A DNA stretch of 32,000 bases. It comes from Candidatus Saccharimonadota bacterium (GTDB lineage Bacteria > Pseudomonadota > Alphaproteobacteria > Rickettsiales > Anaplasmataceae). Where the stretch lies: positions 390,001 through 422,000 of the forward strand of contig NZ_CP092368.1 of assembly GCF_025021925.1 (NCBI RefSeq), given 5' to 3'. Positions 28,256 to 32,000 of the stretch are shown here, in pieces (the stretch's first letter is position 1; every line of letters begins with the position of its first letter). Under the pieces are notes generated by a model, which saw only the letters and a list, made by a program, of their open reading frames with translations, was not told where the DNA came from and did not search any database. A program made the translations under genes and the position numbers.

Positions 28256-29740
28256 ATGTATAAGAACTTAAGAGATTTTATTATTGCTTTAGAAAAGAGA
28301 AAAGATCTTATCAGAATTCAAGAAGAAGTATCAACATATCTCGAGATGACAGAAATCCATAGACGTGTTCTGCTACAAAAGGGACCTGCGATTATTTTTG
28401 AGAATGTTATCACTAAAAATGGTAGAAGTACAATGCCAGTTTTAGTAAATTTATTTGGTACAACTGACAGAATTGCACTTGGTCTCAATATTCATACTAA
28501 TGAATTAAGAGAATTAGGTAAATTTTTAGCTTTTTTACAATCTCCAGATCCACCTCGCAATTTTCGAGATATTATCAATATGTTTCCGCTACTAAAAATA
28601 GCACTCTCAATGAGAAATAAACTAGTCAAAACAGCACCGTGCCAAGAGATAGTACTTAACATGGAAGAAGTAGATCTCAATTTATTACCAATCCAAGAAT
28701 GTTGGCCCAATGAACCTGCACCATTAATAACATGGCCTATTCTCGTAACACAAGGTCCTACAAGTGCAAAACAGGATAATTTTAATCTTGGAATATATCG
28801 TATGCAAATCATAGATAAAAACACTACTCTCATACGTTGGCTTGCACATCGTGGTGGCGCACTACACTATAGTAGATGGAAAGATAAGAAAAAAAATATG
28901 ATATTTCCTGCTGCAGCTGTAATTGGCAGTGATCCTGCAACAATGATTGCCGCAGTCACTCCATTACCAGAAACATTATCAGAATATCAATTTGCAGGCT
29001 TACTGCGCAAAAAAGCTCTTGAGCTTGTAAAATGTAAAACAATTCCATTATTAGTACCAGCGCAAGCTGAGATTATCCTAGAAGGATATGTCAGTCTAGA
29101 TAAATATCAAGATGAAGGATCATATGGAGATCACACTGGATATTATAATGCTATTGAAAAATTTCCAGAGTTTAATATTACTGCGATCACTATGCGTCGA
29201 AATCCAATTTATTTGAGTACTTTTAGTGGTAAACCACCAGATGAGCCTGCAATTCTTGGGGCAGCACTAAATGAAATTTTTATTCCTATTCTTAGTAATC
29301 ATTTTCCAGAGATAGTAGATTTTTACTTACCTCCGGAAGGATGTTCTTATAGAATAGCAATAGTATCAATCAAAAAATCTTATCCAGGACAAGGACAGAG
29401 AATCATTATGGGAGTACTGTCATTTCTTAAGCAGTTTTTATATACTAAATTTGTAATAGTTGTGGATGATGATATCAATATTCGTAACTGGCAAGATGTT
29501 ATGTGGGCGGTATCAACAAGAATGGATCCTGTACGCGATACTACTATGATAAAAAATGCACCAATAGATTATTTAGATTTTAGTTCACCTGTCAGTGGCC
29601 TTGGGGGTAAGATGGGATTTGATGCAACTAATAAAATACCTCCTGAAGTGACAAGGGAATGGGGAATCAAAATTGAAATGAGTGAAGAAATAATTAAAAA
29701 AGTCACTGAAAAATGGAATAAATATGGATGGTCTGGTTAA
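28256..29740 (+). CDS. ubiD: UbiD-family 4-hydroxy-3-polyprenylbenzoate decarboxylase
   Basis: 494 aa. MYKNLRDFIIALEKRKDLIRIQEEVS, NLGIYRMQI, GGALHY and EGSYGDHTGYY are conserved UbiD motifs. Confidence 0.95.
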   Translation: MYKNLRDFIIALEKRKDLIRIQEEVSTYLEMTEIHRRVLLQKGPAIIFENVITKNGRSTMPVLVNLFGTTDRIALGLNIHTNELRELGKFLAFLQSPDPPRNFRDIINMFPLLKIALSMRNKLVKTAPCQEIVLNMEEVDLNLLPIQECWPNEPAPLITWPILVTQGPTSAKQDNFNLGIYRMQIIDKNTTLIRWLAHRGGALHYSRWKDKKKNMIFPAAAVIGSDPATMIAAVTPLPETLSEYQFAGLLRKKALELVKCKTIPLLVPAQAEIILEGYVSLDKYQDEGSYGDHTGYYNAIEKFPEFNITAITMRRNPIYLSTFSGKPPDEPAILGAALNEIFIPILSNHFPEIVDFYLPPEGCSYRIAIVSIKKSYPGQGQRIIMGVLSFLKQFLYTKFVIVVDDDINIRNWQDVMWAVSTRMDPVRDTTMIKNAPIDYLDFSSPVSGLGGKMGFDATNKIPPEVTREWGIKIEMSEEIIKKVTEKWNKYGWSG

Positions 29741-29898
29741 GAACCATTTTACAAGTATAATAACAATATTATCTATTTTTTTTAAATAAAGCTTCATAGT
29801 ATGTTAAGTAAAAATTTTGAGTGTTGCTTTAACAGAATCAATAGTCTCAATGAGATATCAATATATAATATAATGTTGTTAACTTTTACTATGCTTTT

Positions 29899-30648
29899 AT
29901 GAAAGTATTACGTGTATTCTTAGGAAAGATACTAAGTAATCTTTTTCCTGCCAAAACAGTTAGTTACTGTTTTGGAGTAGGCAATTTATTATATGGAGGG
30001 AGATTTTGGTGTTCTATTTTTATATTACTCATTGTAGATAGTGAATTACTTATTAGATATGGTATTACAAATTTGTTATATAGTATACCAGATATAAGCA
30101 TTGTAATAGCAACTCACTATGCAGTAGTAACATGTATGATATTAATATTTCAATTAGTTGGAATATGTATTTTACATACTCAATTACCTCATGCAAACCC
30201 TGAGGGGGGTATTGTAATTCACATTGCATCATCTCAAGCTCTCACTATAGCATGTGCAACACCAGCCATCGTATCAATTTGTAGTACTATTAATCAATTA
30301 TATCAGATAATATATCAACAAATATTTCATTTCCAGAGCTGGTGGTTATTTAATAATAATTACATATCTTTACTCATGTTCTCGACAATACCTTGTATAT
30401 TTTTTAATATTATCTTAATATATAAGCCATGGCCAATCAATATAATACAAAGGTATAATAATGCAATTTCAATAACATGTGAGGGAATTTGTTATGCAAT
30501 ATATGCAATCATTCTACTTTATTTAGCGGCATTTATATGTTGTGATTTAACTTTTTTGAACGTAATCTCACTTAATACACGTATCATTTATTCTCTGAAT
30601 GAAATATTCAGATACATCTATCATATAATATATATATACTATCAATAA
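29899..30648 (+). CDS. Hypothetical polytopic membrane protein, Cys-rich, no family recognised
   Basis: 249-aa ORF with 5-6 hydrophobic segments, many Cys residues and a Tyr/Ile-rich C-terminus. I recognise no catalytic or family motif. No Shine-Dalgarno precedes ATG 29899. It fills the ubiD-glyQ interval on the same strand. Confidence 0.6.
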   Translation: MKVLRVFLGKILSNLFPAKTVSYCFGVGNLLYGGRFWCSIFILLIVDSELLIRYGITNLLYSIPDISIVIATHYAVVTCMILIFQLVGICILHTQLPHANPEGGIVIHIASSQALTIACATPAIVSICSTINQLYQIIYQQIFHFQSWWLFNNNYISLLMFSTIPCIFFNIILIYKPWPINIIQRYNNAISITCEGICYAIYAIILLYLAAFICCDLTFLNVISLNTRIIYSLNEIFRYIYHIIYIYYQ

Positions 30649-30708
30649 TAAATGTTGAATATCACTGATTTAGTTAGTATATTCATATAAGCTTCAGTAT
30701 AAGTTCCT

Positions 30709-31542
30709 GTGAATCTACAACAAATAGTCAGAAAGTTAGAGGATTTTTGGTATTGTTTAGGATATACAATACTTCATCCATATACTTCTGAGATTGGCGC
30801 AGCTACATTGCATCCAGCAACAATTATGTCAACAGTTAGTAATATACCAACAAAAATTGCTTATTTACAACCTGTGATCAGACCATCGGATGGACGATTT
30901 GGAGAACATCCGAATCGGTTATATCAACACCATCAATATCAAGTAATAGTTAAGCCATCTGGTAATAATTTACAAGATATATACTTGAATAGTTTACAGG
31001 CAATTGGTATTTCATCAGAAAGCTATGATCTAAAATTCCTTGAAGATGATTGGGAACATCCAAGTATAGGTGCATCAGGATTGGGATGGGAAGTAATATG
31101 TAATGGCATGGAGATCACGCAATTAACTTATATACAACAAATAGGAAGTATTGAATGTAACATGATTGCAGGAGAGATAGCATATGGAATAGAGCGCTTA
31201 GCAATGTGTATACAATGTGTAGATAATATCCAAAATATCATATGGAATAATAATATATGTTATGGAGATCTTTACAAACAACAAGAATATGAATTCTCAT
31301 CTACATCACAATATTATGATATTGAAATGATACAATTGCAACTTGAAGAAACAGAAAAATTTTGTAAGTTGCTCGTTCAAAAAGGTTTACCACTTGCAGC
31401 TTATGATCAATGTATAAAAACTAGTCATCTTCTTAATCTGCTTGATGCTAGAGGTGCTCTTAGTATTAATGAACGCATAACATATCTTGCAAGGGTCAGA
31501 AATCTCACAAAACAATGCTGCGAATTATATATCAGGACATAG
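30709..31542 (+). CDS. glyQ: Glycyl-tRNA synthetase alpha subunit
   Basis: 277 aa with a GTG start at 30709. LEDFWYCLGYTILHPY, YLQPVIRPSDGRFGEHPNRLYQHHQYQV, GLGWEV and GIERLAM are hallmark GlyQ motifs. Confidence 0.96.
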   Translation: MNLQQIVRKLEDFWYCLGYTILHPYTSEIGAATLHPATIMSTVSNIPTKIAYLQPVIRPSDGRFGEHPNRLYQHHQYQVIVKPSGNNLQDIYLNSLQAIGISSESYDLKFLEDDWEHPSIGASGLGWEVICNGMEITQLTYIQQIGSIECNMIAGEIAYGIERLAMCIQCVDNIQNIIWNNNICYGDLYKQQEYEFSSTSQYYDIEMIQLQLEETEKFCKLLVQKGLPLAAYDQCIKTSHLLNLLDARGALSINERITYLARVRNLTKQCCELYIRT

Positions 31543-31545
31543 AAT

Positions 31546-32000
31546 ATGTCTTCACAATTATTATTTGAATGTCTTTCAGAAGATATTCCGTCCAGAATGC
31601 ATCAAACATCTATCTCATATATTAAGCAATATCTTGCTAATGCTTTTCAGCATAATAATTTAGAGTATTCTTCTATAGAAGTATTTATTACTGCAAGACG
31701 TATGACGCTTTTTATTAGCAATATTAGATATGTACGGTTAGATCAATTACAATATGAGATTAGAGGTCCAAAGGTTCATTCTCCGAAAAAATCTATTGAA
31801 GGTTTTTTACAAAAACATCGTAAACATGAAAATTGTTTATTCATTAAAAGAAGAAATAATGAAGATTTTTATTTTATAAAAATAGAAAAATCTTCGTTAA
31901 ATATCAAACAATTTCTTAAAACTCAGCTAGAATCCATGTTAAAAGATTTTTCATGGAGTAAAAGTATGAGATGGGATGTACATAAAGAACGATGGATCAG
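31546..32000 (+). CDS. glyS: Glycyl-tRNA synthetase beta subunit, N-terminal part (continues beyond window)
   Basis: ATG 31546 lies 3 nt after the glyQ stop. The frame is open to the window end. MSSQLLFECLSEDIPSRM... and ITARRMTLFI match the GlyS N-terminus pattern (LL.E.G.EE.P; TPRRL). Confidence 0.88.
   Translation, partial: MSSQLLFECLSEDIPSRMHQTSISYIKQYLANAFQHNNLEYSSIEVFITARRMTLFISNIRYVRLDQLQYEIRGPKVHSPKKSIEGFLQKHRKHENCLFIKRRNNEDFYFIKIEKSSLNIKQFLKTQLESMLKDFSWSKSMRWDVHKERWI

Noticed and set aside
28492-28833. 113-aa minus-strand ORF antisense to ubiD
   Set aside because: It is a shadow ORF inside a strongly supported gene, with no recognisable motif, start context or Shine-Dalgarno.
3932-29797. 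The remaining short track ORFs that overlap annotated genes: 3932-4186, 4633-4914, 5065-5316, 10465-10689, 10686-10955, 13216-13419, 16850-17035, 18238-18453, 19243-19467, 22030-22227, 22666-22968, 24202-24399, 27398-27607 and 29585-29797
   Set aside because: Each lies largely within, antisense to, or out of frame with a gene that has clear family motifs. None has a recognisable motif. They are treated as chance ORFs.
1-32000. I looked for CRISPR-like spaced repeats, long tandem repeats, transposase/integrase/phage genes, defence or toxin-antitoxin pairs, conserved cores of RNase P, SRP or tmRNA, DnaA boxes (TTATCCACA) and CtrA boxes (TTAA-N7-TTAA)
   Set aside because: I saw no credible instance by eye. 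The only near matches, such as TTAA-N8-TTAA near 21625, are what AT-rich sequence produces by chance. A computational scan (Infernal/Rfam, a tandem-repeat finder, motif enrichment) would be needed to exclude weaker signals.

Overview
This is a visibly AT-rich (roughly 70% A+T or more by eye, not computed), gene-dense stretch of a reduced alphaproteobacterial genome. The gene content points to an obligate intracellular Rickettsiales, probably Anaplasmataceae (Ehrlichia-like), but that is inference from content only. Supporting genes are Coq7-type ubiquinone hydroxylase, an NDUFA12 homologue, the PPDK regulatory protein, ProP-like MFS, purA, two-subunit GlyRS, and atp/ccm/mrp genes scattered as singletons.

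I can support 29 protein-coding genes (two cut by the window edges), one candidate 42-codon small ORF, and three tRNAs (Pro-UGG, Thr-GGU, Ser-GGA). By my rough sum about 88% of the window is coding. Almost everything is core housekeeping:
- Metal uptake: a znuA-like gene and znuC.
- Ubiquinone synthesis: ubiB, coq7, ubiD.
- Energy and TCA cycle: atpG, sucCD, pccB.
- Cytochrome c maturation: ccmA, ccmC.
- Translation: rpsU, rpmJ, aspS, glyQS, der.
- Replication: ligA.
- RNA metabolism: a csp gene and a DEAD-box helicase.

I see no rRNA, CRISPR array, transposase, integrase, phage gene, toxin-antitoxin pair, restriction-modification gene or other defence gene. I found no convincing novel multi-gene system, and I rate this as an ordinary core region.

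The leads worth a second look are modest:
- A perfect 23-bp inverted repeat abutting the pccB start.
- An orphan Cys-rich polytopic membrane protein between ubiD and glyQ.
- A 703-bp ORF-free divergent spacer between the FNR gene and ubiD.
- A Lys-rich 42-codon ORF between two tRNAs.
- A head-to-head start-codon overlap of the znuA-like gene and znuC.
- An overlapping dsbB-coq7 pair.
- A solitary mrpD divergent from the NDUFA12 homologue.
- A 9-codon insertion in csp flanked by a direct repeat.
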